DNA from: Squalus acanthias
Lineage: Eukaryota
DNA: 64,000 nt
Direction: 5' to 3'
NCBI GenBank assembly: GCA_030390025.1
Contig: CM059433.1
Location: 14,448,001-14,512,000, forward strand
Shown: positions 24,723-36,772 of the stretch, one piece after another
How positions within the stretch are numbered: position 1 is the stretch's first letter
How the letters are laid out: each line of letters begins with the position of its first letter
Translations under genes and position numbers: made by a program
Notes under the pieces: model-generated
Told to the model about the DNA's origin: nothing
The model's input: only the letters and a program-made list of their open reading frames with translations
Database searches by the model: none

Positions 24723-26166
24723 AGATACTGCTCCTGGCTTAATTGGAGGTAGGAGAATTGCTGTCGGAAGACCCTTGAAGGGTAAGGCCTCCTGCTGAGA
24801 GCCCTGATGGCCCTCCTCCTCCCTCTGGCCACATGTTCCAATCTTTCTTGATGCCTGCGCTCCCTCCACAGCAGCTCCTGGAGGGCAATGTCGACTATCA
24901 GTTCGGCCCCCATTAATGTAGGGAAGTGCAGCACTTTGATATTTTGAGAATAAATGTAACTAAATTTTAGTAGCCACAACACTCCAGAGACTAACCAACC
25001 TTTAAATGACTGAATTAAACTGTTGCACAATGTCAAACTGATAAGAAGCAGTGAAACAGCACTAACCTGAGAGCTGCGACTCATCACTCATGATCCCTTT
25101 AGTAGCGCCCCTGGAGCCAGCTACCAGCTGCTTCACGCCTACTCTCCCTGTCGCTGTCGGGACAAGGCGCTAAGGCAGGGGGCGATACTCAATTTAGCAG
25201 ATCGGGCACCCAGTGAGCATTGCACGCTCACTGACGTCACAATCTGCCTGGCGCTGAAGTCCCCGGCGCAAACTCGTAGCGGCAGCGCTATGGGTGGGGC
25301 CCAAATTTGGCGCTGGATTCGCCTCGCCGCAGCGCTCCTGCCTCAGCACCCCGTTAGCACCCCCGCCTGGCGCTACTGGAGGCACTAACCAACCGAATTT
25401 CTACCCCAACAAGACAAAGGACAAAGGTGTGGAATTTACCCATTAGAGATTTTTGGGTGAATCTCTCACTTTCTATACACTGTATTATAATGAACTATTC
25501 TGGAGATATCAGTTAAGGAAGTTGAAATCCTATCGAAAATAATGATGCAACCTGTAAGTGTGTCAAGATACAATCCCACAAGGCACAAAATAGGAACCTT
25601 TAAATTACCAACTGAACTTAAGATTCCAAGGTCGGAAATCCGAATATGATCAGAGTAAATTAACTGTCTCCTATATCAATGCACAACCACGTCTGTAGCA
25701 AGCAGTGAATCCACATGTAGCTGAGATACGTAAATCACTTCAAGCAATAGGCCCTGTTTTAAGGTGACATTTCAGATGATCTACAACCGCTTCAGTGGCT
25801 CCTTAGACTAAAATTCACATGTTCAGATCTCATTATTCTGAGGTAGCCTTGCCTCTCGCTTGCCAGTGGGAAAGGGCTCAATAGGCATTGCGCCTGTACT
25901 CACTGGATACTATCCCGATACTTGCTGTCCATATTTGCCCTCTCCCACAATTGAAATCAGTTATCGTATGACAAGAAATGACAACAACAATTGAACATCA
26001 AATCAAATAAATACCTTGTGATCTTCATTATTTCCCAGCGAAGTGTCATCAAGATGGTGACAGGAACAGGAGTGGTATTTACATTTCCTGGAATCAAAGC
26101 TTTCTCAATGTTCAGACCAATGCTGTAGACTTGCAAGGTCGCATAAACAATAAGGCAGACCCTTAT

Positions 26167-26636
26167 GAAAGAAAGACTTGCATTTATATAGCGCTTTTAC
26201 GACCACTGGACTTCCCAACACGCTTTACAGCCAATGAAGTATTTTTGAAGTGGAGTCACTGTTGCAATGTGGGAAACGCGGCAGCCAATTTGCGCACAGC
26301 AAGACCCCACAAAAGCAATGTGGTAATGACCAGATGATCTGTTTATTTTGATGTTGATCGAGGGATAAATATTGGTCAGGACACCGGGGATAACTCCCCT
26401 GCTCTTCTTCAAAATAGTGGCCATGGGATCTTTTACATCCACCTGAGAAAGCAGACGGGGCCTCGATTTAACATCTCATCCAAAAGACGGCACCTCCGAC
26501 AGTGCAGCACTCCCTCAGCACTGCACTGGAGCGTCAGCCTAGATTTTTTGCACTTCAAGTCTCTGGAGTGGGACTTGAACCCACAACCTTCTGACAGAGA
26601 GGCGAGTGTGCTACCAAGTGAGCCACAGCTGACACT
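26167..26636 (-). mobile_element. Full-length Deu-type tRNA SINE
   Basis: Reverse complement of the SINE at 54946-55410. Confidence 0.85.
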
Positions 26637-27366
26637 ACAATGAATACCTTGTACAGCACACACCCCACTCAGTTAATTAGGATAAAGTGAGTAACCAAAT
26701 TAAACCAACATAAAAATTCTATAATTAAGGTGAAGAAACTCTACCAGTTCCCTTTCACATGAGCATGAATGGACTCTACTCCTCGGGAGTTAGATTGATT
26801 TCAGGTATTCATTGTATTGTTGCTGAGAATGCAACCAACTGAGGCAAACTAATGCTGTGCCGGTGGGCATTCCTACTGATCAAACACGAGTAGGGAAACA
26901 GAAAGTGACAGTGCAGGTGCTCAGAGTAGCCACTCAGTTCAATACAATCTATCCACCCAATAGCATCCACTGTTCACGCTACTCAGAACACCTAATGGGG
27001 ACAAATTCGATCTAACTTTTAAAAGTTGAAATAATTAGCGCCAGGCTGATCGATCAATATTTATCCCTTGATCAACATCACTAAAACAGATTATCTGGTC
27101 ATTACCACATTGCTGTTTGTGGGAGCTTGCTGTGCGCAAATTGGCTGCCGCGTTTCCCATATTGCAACAGTGACTTCGCTTCAAAAGTACTTCATTGGCT
27201 GTGAAGCGTGTTGGGAAGTCCGGTGGTCGTAAAAGGTGCTATATAAATGCAAGTCTTTCTTTCTTTCATAAGGGTCTGTCTTATTGTTTATGCGACCTTG
27301 CAAGTCTACAGCATGGCTCTGAACATTAAGAAACAGTTCTTCCTTTGATTACAGGAAATGTAAATA

Positions 27367-27763
27367 ATTTCTTTGTTCCTGGGATGTAGGCGTCGCTGGC
27401 ACAGCTGCAGTCCGTGTGGTGAAGGTGCTCCCACAGTGCTGACTTTGTCGTTGCGGTTTGGTACAACTGAGTGGTTTGCTAGGCCATTTCAGAGGGCAGT
27501 TAAGAGTCAACCACATTGCTGTGGGTCTGGAGTCACATATAGGCCAGACCAGATGGCACATTTCCTTCCCTATAGGACATTAGTGAACCAGTTGGGTTTT
27601 TATATGACAATCCGGTAGTTTCACCATTACTGATACTAGCTTTTTAATTCTAGATTTATTTAATTGAATTTAAATCATCCAACTGCTGTGGTGGGATTTG
27701 AACTCACAGATTATTAGTCCAGGCCTCTGGATTACTAGTCCAGTAAAATACCACTATGCTACC
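27367..27763 (-). mobile_element. tRNA-derived SINE (possibly MetaSINE-type core) with LINE family B tail
   Basis: Minus-strand head tggtagcatagtgg...gagttcaaatccc; core ctggttcactaatgtcc...cagcaatgtggttgactct; tail cagcactgtgggagcaccttcaccacacggactgcagc; absent from the left arm. Confidence 0.7.
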
Positions 27764-27933
27764 ACTCCTGTCCTGTCACCATCTTGATGACACTTAGCTG
27801 GGTAATAATGAAGATCACAAGATATTTATTTGATTTGATGTTTCAATTGTTATTGTCATTTCTTGTCATACTATAACTGATTTGAATTGTGGGAGAGGGC
27901 AAATATGGACAGCAAGTATCGGGATAGTATCCA

Positions 27934-28930
27934 GTATGGAAAGTGATCAACGTTGTCCAAGGTCTTGTCGTGGATTTTGATAATCGGGGGGCAGTACTGT
28001 GTGGCGAGGGCAGGTTGGTAGAGGACATTTGTCTTACGGATGTTTAGTGTAAGGCCCATGCTCTCATATGCTTCGGTGAAGGTGTTGACGATGGTTTGGA
28101 GTTCGACCTCCGAATGTGTGCAGACTCGGGAGCCTACTGTCAACAAGGTCGGACATCGATGACGAAGTCCAACACCGCCTTCAATGTGCCAGTGCAGCAT
28201 TCGGTCACCTGAGGAAGAGAGTGTTTGAAGATCAGGACCTCAAACCCGGCACAAAGCTAATGGTCGACAGAGCAGTAGTGATACCCGCCCTCCTGTATGC
28301 CTCAGAGACATGGACCATGTACAGCAGGCACCTCAAAGCACTGGAGAGGTACCACCAACGCTGGCTCTACAAGATCCTGCAAATCCATTGGCAGGATAGA
28401 CGCACCAACGTCAGTGTTTTCGCTCAGGCCAACATCCCCAGCATCGAAGCTTTGACCACACTCAATCAGCTCCGATGGACGGGTCACATTGTCTGCATGC
28501 CCGATACGAGACTCCCAAAACAAGCGCTCTACTCGGAGCTCAAACACGGCAAGAGAGCCCCAGGTGGGCAGAGGAAACGCTTCAAGGACACCCTCAAAGC
28601 CTCCTTGAAAAAGTGCAACATCCCCACCGACACCTGGGAATCCCTGGCCCAAGACCGCACAAAGTGGAGGAGAAGCATCCGGGAAGGCGCCGAACACCTC
28701 GAGTCTCTTCGCCAGGAGCAAGCGGAAGCCAAGCGCAGGCAGCGGAAGGAGCGCACGTCAACCCAAGCACCCCACCCACCCGCCCCTTCAACCACCGTCT
28801 GCCCCACCTGTGACAGAGACTGTAGGTCCCGCATTGGACTCATCAGTCACCTGAGAACCCTCATTTTTAATGTGGAAGCAAGTCATCCTCGGTTCCAAGG
28901 GACTGCCTAAGAGAGAGAGAGAGAGAGAAG
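27934..28930 (+). mobile_element. RTE-clade LINE, 5'-truncated with 5' inversion
   Basis: Plus 28125-28910 LGSLLSTRSDIDDEVQHRL...LLYASETW...QLRWTGH...RLPKQALYSEL...CPTC...LISHLR with (GA)n tail; minus 27934-28124 is the immediately upstream RTE segment; TSD AGTATCCAGT / AGTATTCAAT. Confidence 0.92.
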
Positions 28931-30869
28931 AGTATTCAATGAGTACAGGTGCAATGCCTATTGAGTTCTTTCCCACTGGCAAGCGAGAGGCAAGGCTACC
29001 TCAGAATAATGAGATCTGAACATGTGAATTTTAGCCTAAGGAGCCATTAAAGTGGTTGTAGATCATCTGAAATGTCACCTTAAAACAGGGCCTATTGCTT
29101 GAAGTGATTTACGTATCTCAGCTACATGTGCATTCACTGCTTGCTACAGGCGTGGTTGTGCATTGATATAGGAGACAGTTAATTTACTCTGATCATATTC
29201 GGATTTCAGTCCTTGGAATCTTAAGTTCAGTTGGCAATTTAAAGGTTCCTACTTTGTGCCTTGTGGGATTGTATCTTGACACACTTACAGGTTGCATCAT
29301 TATTTTCGACAGGATTTCTACTTCCTTAACTGGTATCTCCAGAATAGTGAATTATAATAATGTATAGAAAGTGAGAGATTCACCCAAAAATCTCTAATGG
29401 GGAAATTCCACACTTTTGTCCTTTGTCTTATTGGGGGAGAAATTCAGTTGGTTAGTGCCTCCAGTGGCGCTAACGGGGCGCTGAGGCAGGAGCACCGCGG
29501 CGAGGCGAATCCAGCGCTGCACGTCAAATTCGGCCCCACCATAGCGCCGCCGCTATGAGTTAGCGCCGGGGACTTCAGCGCCAGGCAGATTGTGACGTCA
29601 GTGAGCGTGCAACGCTCACTGGGTGCCCAATCAGCCAAATTGAGTATTGCCACCTGCCTTAGTGCCTCGCCCCGACAGCAACAGGCAGAGGAGGCGTGAA
29701 GCAGTCGGTAGCCGGCTCCAGGGGCGCTACTTAAAGGGATCATGAGTGATGAGTCGCAGCTCTCAGGTTAGTGCTGTTTCATTGCTTCCTTATCAGTTTG
29801 ATATTGTACAACAGTTTAAATCAGTCATTTAAAGGTTGTTTAGTCTCCGGAGTGTTGTGGCTACTAAAAATTAGTTACATTTATTCTCACAAAATATCAA
29901 AGTGCTGCACTTCCTTTCATTAATGCAGGCCGTACTGGCAGTCAACTTCACCTTCCAGGATCTACTGCAGAGCGAGCAGGCAGCAAGAAATATTGGAACA
30001 TGCAGCCAGGGGGAGGAGGAGGGCCATCAGGGCTCTCAACAGGAAGCCTTACCCTCTGAGGGTCTTCCGACAGCAATTCTCCTACCTCCAATTAAGCCAG
30101 CAGCAGTATCTTAGAAGGCACCGCTTCAGCAAGGAGGTGGTCACAGAACTCTGCCACCTCCTACAAATAGACCTCGAGCCTCAGATCAGAATGAGGACAG
30201 CTCTCAGTGGCAGTCAAGGTCACCGTCACCCTCAATTTCTTTGCCAGCGGATCCTTCCAGACTACAACAGGAGATATAGGTAACATCTCACAGTTCGCCG
30301 TCCATCGCTGCATCCGGGAGGTCACTGAGGCTCTCTCCAGTAGGAGAACGGACCACATTTCCTTCCCCATCACCAGAGAGAAGCAGGATGAGCGTGCATG
30401 TGGCTTTGCCAGGATAGCGGGATTCCCCATGGTGCAGGGCACCATTGACTGCACCCACATGGCTTTGCGGCCACCACATAACAATTCTGAGATCTTCTGT
30501 AACTGCAAAGGCTACCATTCATTTAATATCCAGTTGGTGTGCGACCACAGACAGCGAATCCGCAATGTGAATGCCCGCTAGCCTGGCAGCAGCCACGATG
30601 CCTTTCATCCTGCGCCAGCACTCTTCCAGCCACCACATCAAGCTCACGGCTGGCCGGTCAGAGACAAGGGCTATCCGTTCTCCACCTGGCTCATGACTCC
30701 CCTCCGCAACCCCAGCACTACTGCCCAGCACTCATACAATGAGAGCCATGCTGCCACCAGGAACATCATCGAGCAGACCATCGGGGGGGTGGGGGGCACA
30801 GATGGAATTATGCTATTGACCTGTATCAATAAATGGAATAATGTTTAATTACCAAGAGCTACATCAGTG

Positions 30870-31450
30870 GTAGTGGATGTGAATTTCACTGCGAGCGTTA
30901 TGTTTTTTTGCGGACGTTGAACAACCACTACTGTTTAGGTTCAGTTGTCGAGTCGAGTATTGACAGGAAATGGGTATGTTTATGTTGAGGGGTAAAATTA
31001 TTTACTGACCCACAAACACTGTAGGCCTCCCGGAAAGCTGCCAGAAAATGCAACACTACCCCCGCCCCCCACCCCGACACCCGCCACTGAGGGCAAAAAA
31101 TGGTTTCGGCGTCCATCCTCATAATACTGCCAGACGCCTCATGGCCGCGAACGCTGCTGAAAGCCTTTTAGTGGCGACAAATCATGGCGTGATTTAGCGC
31201 GGGAGGCAATGCAAGCGGAGACTTCCAAAACGGATGAGGTGGCGTCAACCCACCGTCGCACGCCGAATGACGCCACGCTCCACCTCATTTAAAATACTCT
31301 CGCCGATAGCAGGCGATGGCAGTGCTGCTGACCTGCCGAAAATAGCGGCCGCTGCGGGACCCACCACCAGCTGGCGGTACAGCGCCGGCTGCCACTTTGC
31401 ACCATTTCATGGCCGTAACGGGCGGTGCGATCCACTCGAATTTCTAGGCC
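30870..31450. mobile_element. Probable Harbinger-type MITE
   Basis: Ends GAATTTCTAGGCC; left end degenerate. Confidence 0.5.
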
Positions 31451-31615
31451 TACATTCTTTACAGCCTGGAAACCTTAACCAGTTTCAAGCAAATGGGTTA
31501 ATGCTGTGGTTAAAATAGCAGAGAGTAATTTGACACAGATATGGCAAGCATTCGTAAGGCAATATTGCGCACAATCATTTTCAGACATCTGCTCATCTGT
31601 GCCATAAATTTCTCT

Positions 31616-32352
31616 GGCCTGGAAATTCAGTAGCATCCATTTTTGGTGCCTTACCCGCAGAGTCCGAACAGCCCGCGCTCAAATGGGAAGGTCTGAGGAG
31701 CCCGGGATTTTGGGACTCGGACCTCATTATCGTGTAGATGGCGCTGCGGTCGGAGCCCACGCAGCTTGAAGCTCCAGTTTCCAGGTAAGTGATTGGGTCG
31801 CGCAGCGTTGGGTCTACAGGAGCAACGGGTGGGCCTCGGAGCCCATGATCGGAGGGCTGTCGGGGGTCAGGTAACAAGATTGGGGGCTGGGGGGGTTGCC
31901 TACAGTATTGTTGGTGGGGGGGGGGGCGGCGTCAGTAGTGATGTCGGGGAGGGCTGGGATGTCAGGGCCGGGGTCAGAGGAAGAGCGGGGTGGGGGTGGC
32001 TGGAGGTCGGAGCCGGGAGTGAGGTCGACAATCTCGGGCCAGGAGCGGCGGTGATAATAGGAAGTACTTACCTTTTTGTTAATTCAGTGCTGTTTAGCGT
32101 TGGTTTTCCCGGGGGTAAGCATTGCAGGCGCTGGCTGCCTTAGACGCAACCGAAATTTGCAAGGGAAAGCAGAAGCAGGCCTTAGGCCCTTTATTTGAAT
32201 AGGTTAATGGCCTAATGACACCTGTTGTTTGGCCCTTACCAAAATGGCGTCCGCCGCAGCCCGCGCCGAAGGTGGGCGAAAGCGAGGCAGCCGCCATTTT
32301 GTTGCTGAAACCGGCCTTAATGCTGCCGCTAAGCAAGGGTGATTTCTCCCCC
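31616..32352. mobile_element. Harbinger-type MITE
   Basis: GGCCTGGAAATTC...GATTTCTCCCC, flanked by TCT. Confidence 0.6.
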
Positions 32353-33687
32353 TCTGATTCTATGATCGCTGAAGTGTTGAATATTTCTCTCTATTCAGCA
32401 TGCAACAAATAAACTTGAAGGATTCTGGAAGCAAAGGTTTTCATTTACATTTTACAGTCCTCTTTGTCTATGAAGACGGACTTTTATTCCCTCTGTCTAA
32501 TATTAAAATAGGGACCATCAGCAATATCTACTGACACTGAGATGTGCAACACAAAAGAGAAAGGTTCTGCAATTCACGAACCATCTAATAGAAAATTCAA
32601 ACCGCCTATGAGATGCCTAAAATGTGTCCAGCTGTCAATAAAAGGCACCCATTAAAACATATCAGGAACAAATGGAGCAAGAAATAATCATTACTTATAT
32701 TACCGGATGAAAGTCCAAGGTGCCAGTAGAAATTCTACTGGAGTAAGGCACTTTAAAAATAAAAAGTTGTAAATCAATTCCCTAGCATATATTAATATTT
32801 TATAAATATTGATTGCAGTTAAGACTTATAGTGGCAAACTATTGATCTGAGGGCTTCAAAGACGGCTGATCATTTCTTTTGCAATGGTAAAGGCTGGAGA
32901 CAGAACTGAAAGAGCCAGGGTATTAGCACCCTGGTAGAATTTTAAAATGTGGTTAGTGGTAGTCAGTGAAAGGTCAGGGCTCAGTCTGTTTGTACAGATG
33001 TGTAGTCACAACAGGGGAACTTCTCAATAATGCAACTGTCAGAGTGATTGCTATAACATTTTAGGGGATGGTGCGGAATCTGTAATGGGTAAATTCCGAC
33101 CAGCAGAAGAAGCAGGGGCCGAAGTCCATAAAAGACCAGTAAAAAAAGAGATTAATAAAAGGAGTCAGAAAAGGTTATAGGAAGAAATGAGAATCTTGAC
33201 AAAAGGAATGGGGAAGTCTGGAAGTAGAGAAAGAAATAGGAGTCAGGAGGTGATGTAAAAACTATTTAGATAGAAATAAGTTTCCCCATTTGTCTCCTTC
33301 CCTCCAGATGATCAATTCTTCAGCAGCCAGTATGAAATGGAACTTTTGTCATGAGTAACTGGTGGCACACAATTACCTGAAAGCAGTGCCAACAGAAAAA
33401 ATGACTCTAATTAATGCACTGCGTGCTGTACATATTGATTTCCAAAGGACATGGCAAAGTTGTTAAGGAAGTTTTTTTTCCCATAGGTTCCTCTTAATTG
33501 TTTACAAAAAACTCTGGACAAGATGTGATAAAATACTGTGATGGGGAATAATGCATCATTTTGCAAAATTCTATCATTTGCATCAGGAAAAATTATTTGA
33601 AAGGGGGCGGAGATAATAAAATTAGTTCTACAAAAAATATTGTATTTTTGGATTGAAAGCTTGACAACTCATTAGTAAGAAAGACAG

Positions 33688-33788
33688 TGTTCTGACGAAA
33701 GGTCATCGACCTGAAACGTTAACTCTCTTTCTCTCTCCACGGATGCTGCCTGGCCTGCTGAGTTTTTCCAGCGTTTTCTGTTGTTATT
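33688..33788 (+). mobile_element. 101-bp PLE family C pLTR insertion carrying an HHR motif (33689-33723)
   Basis: gtt-CTGACGA-a-aggtc atc gacct-GAAA-CGTT-aac; 16-bp TSD TTAGTAAGAAAGACAG (33672-33687, 33789-33804). Confidence 0.85.
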
Positions 33789-34824
33789 TTAGTAAGAAAG
33801 ACAGGATGAGTTCTCAAGATCCTACTCATAAATTTGTTTTCCACTGTTTATCAATAGGTATTCCGTGTGATCTTTTTCCAGTAATTGATCCAAGTTTAGA
33901 TTTTTTTTTAAATTTAATCTATAACAGATATGAAGGGTGCTTTTACAGTCCTTAATAGACCATCTGAGCTGCCACTTCCATCCAGCTTGAAACACTTGCC
34001 TGCCATACTGTAAACCAGTGAGGTTAAAGGGTAAAATTCACGGGCTGGGGGTGGGATTGGTGGAGGGTGGGGGGGGACTGCCTTGGCCCAAAGTAGGCAA
34101 GCTGCAAAAACTGAACAATGTAGTTAAGCTAACATTTCACCTGTGCTCTGGTATGAACGCGATTAAAATACTTCACTGCTTTTCAATTCTATCGTAATAG
34201 AAATGAACCCCAGTGCTTGTTTATGCTTTTTTTTAATGGCCTTATTAACCTGCGTCTCTACTTTTAGTGATTTGCGTATTTGTTAACGCTCCAATTTTGT
34301 AAAGCTGCTTAATTATAATTTCACATTGTCACAAAGATAAAGGTCGATGGCCTGAGAAATTCGATGCTTTAACGCCGACCGTAAAGGCCGGATTTGTAGA
34401 AAAAAATGGTGGCCGTCTCGCTTTCCGCCCACTTCCGGCGCAGGACACGGTGAGGACCATAGTGCTGCCATCGACAGCGCTGTCCTCTCAAATTTAAATA
34501 AGCAGATTGTGACGTCAATCGGCGTGATTTGATGTCACGAATGCTAATTTGGACATTCTCGCTCTCCATTATGTTGTGTCCTAACCACGCACAGAAAAGC
34601 GTGTGTGAATCAACCCTGCAGAGACACTGTCAGCGCTTCTTAAAGGGACACATACATCTTTCAGGTAAGTTTAGATTTCAATCTCAGGACTTTTTAAAAT
34701 ATTTTATTGAAGTAGTGGCTTGGTGCAATACATTTAAACAGTTTTTAAAGTGTGCAGGGAGTGGAGAGAGTGCTGCTGGATGCTTGCAAGGCTTTGGATG
34801 ATAAAGGAAGGCCTCTGAGAAGAC

Positions 34825-34972
34825 AGAGAATGTGGGAAATACTCAGCAGGTGAGGCAGCATCTGTGGAGAGAGAAACAGGGTTAACATTTCAGGTCGAGA
34901 TGCTGCCTGACCTGCTGAGTATTTCCAGCATTTTCTGCTTTTATTTCAGATTTCCAGCATCCGCAGTATTTT
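34825..34972. mobile_element. Fold-back pLTR mini-insertion (PLE family C)
   Basis: Minus then plus pLTR fragments; 14-bp TSD GCCTCTGAGAAGAC (34811-34824, 34973-34986). Confidence 0.8.
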
Positions 34973-35692
34973 GCCTCTGAGAAGACCACTTGCTCACAGT
35001 CTTAGGGGGCACATGGAGATGAAGCCGAGGCAGCAAAGGGGACAAGCTGCTCACAGAGGGAAGCGGAAGAAGCAAAAGAAAGAGGAGGACACAGAAAACG
35101 AAGAAGCAGAAGGAAAGATGCAATCCTGACAACCCCTTTCTGGCCGGGATATCCAGGATGGAATCATCTGCTTCCGGTACCAGTGACCACAACCCCAATT
35201 CCCCTTTCAACATTAGTCCCACACCTTACCTTCCCTCTGTCACTGACCATCACAGCATCCTCTTGGAGACAATGCTGAAATAAAAACCACCACAAAGCAA
35301 ACTTTCCAATCCAAATTTATCCATATGTGCATCCAATATGACATCAAGAAATCAACACATCACCCTTGTGCATTCCTTTAGTGATTGTCTTGTGTGTGCC
35401 TTTGCCTATCCTAGTGATGTAACGCAGTGCTACCCCAGTGGTTGCAGCATGGCTGGTGAAGGCTGCTGACTTTCAGTGGGGGACACTGCAGATGACCTTG
35501 CAGGACGAGCTCGAGGAGCTGGTGGCTGGGCATGTCAAATCGAGTGACGGAATTTCTTCTTCTTCTTCTTTTTCACTCTCCTCTCCCTCGTCTTGGTCAA
35601 CCACTGGCTGAGCAGGCTGCATTTCTTGGGTGTCGGAAATGAGGAAGGCACAAGTGTAGAGCTGTGGTGAGGGGAAGCGGGAAAGCAAGAGC

Positions 35693-36772
35693 TGCAGATG
35701 ATACAAAGATGGGAGGGACTGTAGTGAGTGAGGAGGACATAAAAAACCTGCAAGGGGACATAGACAGGCTAAGTAAGTGGGCAGAGATTTGGCAGATGGA
35801 ATACAACACTGGAAAGTGTGAGGTGATGCACTTTGGCAGGAAAAATCCTAGAGCAATTTATTATCTTAATGGCAAGAAACTGGAGAGTACTGAAGTGCAA
35901 AGGGATCTGGGGGTCCTGGTGCACGAAACTCAAAAGGTTAGTATGCAGGTGCAGCAAGTGATTAAGAAGGCAAATGGAATGTTGGCTTTCATTGCTAGGG
36001 GGATAGAATATAAAAATAGGGAGGTATTGCTTCAGTTGTACAAGGTATTGGTGAGACCGCACCTGGAATACTGCATACAGTTTTGGTGTCCTTACTTAAG
36101 GAAAGACATCCTTGCTCTCGAGGCAGTGCAAAAAAGGTTCACTCGGTTAATCCCGGGGATGAGGGGGTGGTCATATGAGGAGAGGTTGTGTAGATTGGGA
36201 CTCTACTCATTGGAGTTCAGAAGAATGAGAGGCGATCTTATTGAAACATATAAGATTGTGAAGGGGTTGGATCGGGTGGATGCGGGGAGGATGTTCCCGA
36301 TGACGGGTGAGACTAGAACTAGGGGACATAGTCTTAGAATAAGGGGCTGCTCTTTCAAAACTGAGATGAGGAGGAACTACTTCACTCAGAGGGTGGTAGG
36401 TCCATGGAATATGCTGCCACAAAAAGCTGTAGAAGCTACATCATTAAATAAATTTAAAACAGAAATAGACAGTTTCCTAGAAGTAAAGGGCATTAAGGGT
36501 TACGGGGAGCGGGCAGGAATTTGGACATGAGTCTAGGTTCAGATCGGTCATGGCCCTGTGGGTAGTGGAGCAGGCCCAGGGACCGTGTAGGCTGATTCTG
36601 CTCCTATTTCGTGTGTGCAATTCTGTTAGATGCAGGAGATGGTTCTGTGATAGTAGATAGTAGATTGGCGGTTAGGATCAGATCAGCCATGATCTTATTG
36701 AATGGCGGAGCAGGCTCGAGGGGCTGATTGGCCTACTCCTGCTCCTATTTCTTATGTTCTTATGTTCTTATG
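35693..36772 (+). mobile_element. Young CR1 LINE 3' fragment
   Basis: Uninterrupted frame ADDTKMGG...LVRPHLEYC...YFTQRVV to stop at 36530; (TTCTTATG)n tail. Confidence 0.93.

Larger units (their letters stand above)
21517..24913 (-). pseudogene. Harbinger DDE transposase (HARBI1-family) pseudogene split by an LTR
   Basis: MGAELIV...RVFRQQFSYLQLSQEQYL, insertion, RFSKE...LNFFASGSFQ...GAIDFTH...KGYHSLNIQLVCD...AR*PGSNHD...RNVIEQTIGVLKQLFRCL...CCMLHN; contains a stop and a frameshift. Confidence 0.92.
19088..25407. mobile_element. Formerly autonomous PIF/Harbinger transposon with two convergent genes
   Basis: Degenerate left TIR GTGTGAGCAATTC, right TIR GAATTTCTACCCC; left flank AAT, right flank AAC here but AAT in the duplicated copy; Myb gene on plus, DDE transposase on minus. 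Confidence 0.85.
21790..26376. repeat. Left arm of inverted duplication
   Basis: Reverse-complement match to 27052-30785 across transposase, TIR, unique flank and SINE tail. Confidence 0.9.
27052..30785. repeat. Right arm of inverted duplication (includes SINE 3' half 27052-27267 and Harbinger 5' half 29433-30785)
   Basis: See left arm; ORFs 29993-30283 and 30207-30581 mirror 24656-25087 and 22017-22517. Confidence 0.9.

Noticed and set aside
21517..24913. Domesticated HARBI1 host gene
   Set aside because: Lies within TIRs with a Myb partner and has a stop, a frameshift and an LTR insertion.
21790..30785. Assembly artefact explanation for the inverted repeat
   Set aside because: Arms differ by many substitutions and carry different TSD-flanked insertions.
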